A DNA stretch of 64,000 nucleotides from a virus. Position 1 is the stretch's first letter. Every line of letters starts with the position of its first letter. The stretch lies in the IMG/VR virus record IMGVR_UViG_3300033049_000020, positions 64,001 through 128,000 of that record; one strand, given 5' to 3'. Positions 63,206 through 64,000 of the stretch are shown in pieces. A program made the position numbers and the translations under genes. The notes below the pieces were generated by a model, which saw nothing but the letters and a program-made list of their open reading frames with translations, was not told where the DNA came from and did not search any database.

Positions 63206-64000
63206 GTGGAAACATATAAAGATTTAAAAGGGAAAAGGGTCTTGTGTGCGATGTCGGGAGGATTAGATTCCACCATGACAGCGTTACTATTGCACGAGGC
63301 TGGATGTGACTGTATAGGTATCACGATGAAAACTTGGGACTATGCATCTTCTGGAGTTGCTGACAGTAACTCCAAGACCACAGGTTGTTGCTCGTTGGAT
63401 GACATCAACGATGCTAGACAACTATGTGTCGATTACGATATCCCTCATAACATCATTGATATACGTGAAACTTTCACCGACTCAGTGGTTGATAACTTCA
63501 TTGATGAATATATGGCTGGTAGGACACCCAATCCTTGTATAGTATGTAATACTCACATTAAGTGGGGTGCGCTATTAAATTATGCCGACCAATTAGGGTG
63601 CGACTATATTGCGACTGGCCATTATGCTCGTATCCGTTACGAAAATGACAGATACGTTATCTCAAGTGGTATTGATGTAACTAAAGACCAAAGCTATGTG
63701 CTATATGGGTTGAGCCAAGAGGTGTTAGCCCGTACTCTAGTTCCTATGGGTGAATACCTTAAAAGTGATATCAGGAACATGGCTAAAGAGCGTGGCTATG
63801 ACGCAATTGCTACTAAATCGGAGAGTTACGAGATTTGTTTTGTACCTATTGGACACTTTAGTGATTTCTTAAAATTTAAGAGACCAGAGTTATTGCACTT
63901 AGATGGTGGGGAAATCAGACTTAAAGATGAGACCGTAATAGGTACGCATCATGGGTATCCTTTCTACACCGTAGGACAAAGAAGAGGACTTGGGTTATCG
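63206..64000 (+). CDS. mnmA: tRNA 2-thiouridylase MnmA (runs off window end; absent from ORF track)
   Basis: GTG start; VLCAMSGGLDS, GRTPNPCIVCN, IATGHYAR, KDQSY, ESYEICF, YTVGQRRGLG. Confidence 0.95.
   Translation, partial: METYKDLKGKRVLCAMSGGLDSTMTALLLHEAGCDCIGITMKTWDYASSGVADSNSKTTGCCSLDDINDARQLCVDYDIPHNIIDIRETFTDSVVDNFIDEYMAGRTPNPCIVCNTHIKWGALLNYADQLGCDYIATGHYARIRYENDRYVISSGIDVTKDQSYVLYGLSQEVLARTLVPMGEYLKSDIRNMAKERGYDAIATKSESYEICFVPIGHFSDFLKFKRPELLHLDGGEIRLKDETVIGTHHGYPFYTVGQRRGLGLS

Noticed and set aside
63342-63542. 66-aa ORF in the track
   Set aside because: Out-of-frame shadow inside mnmA.

Overview
AT-rich, gene-dense segment, almost entirely on the + strand, of a large (jumbo-type) tailed phage using the standard genetic code. 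The host is most likely in Bacteroidota: more than 25 TTTG-N~20-TAnnTTTG promoters, and starts without obvious Shine-Dalgarno sites. The window is a translation/RNA-metabolism region. It holds about 45 tRNA or tRNA-like genes grouped by amino acid (Arg | Cys/Val/Leu | Phe/Glu/Ala/Asp | Pro/Gln/Tyr/Thr/Gly/Lys), an ArgRS C-terminus, a miniaturised LeuRS, GatB/YqeY- and S4-domain proteins, ribosomal protein bL12, MnmA, an RNase P RNA, a ~1.3 kb structured ncRNA block, RNA-repair/alarmone enzymes and about 14 free-standing homing-endonuclease genes (HEGs). Main finding: each of the three complete tRNA operons starts with promoter -> short leader ORF -> antiterminator hairpin -> intrinsic terminator -> boxA-like site, and each leader's codons match the amino acids of the tRNAs downstream. 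This looks like ribosome-stalling attenuation that would switch on phage tRNAs when those tRNAs run short. Other notable items: HEGs that split a tRNA or gene and bring a replacement copy, several families of non-canonical tRNA-like RNAs (D-armless, anticodon-armless, anticodon-loop insertions, CAGCAA-stem elements), and a repeated tRNA-trailer motif. All calls were made by eye without database searches, so novelty is unverified.
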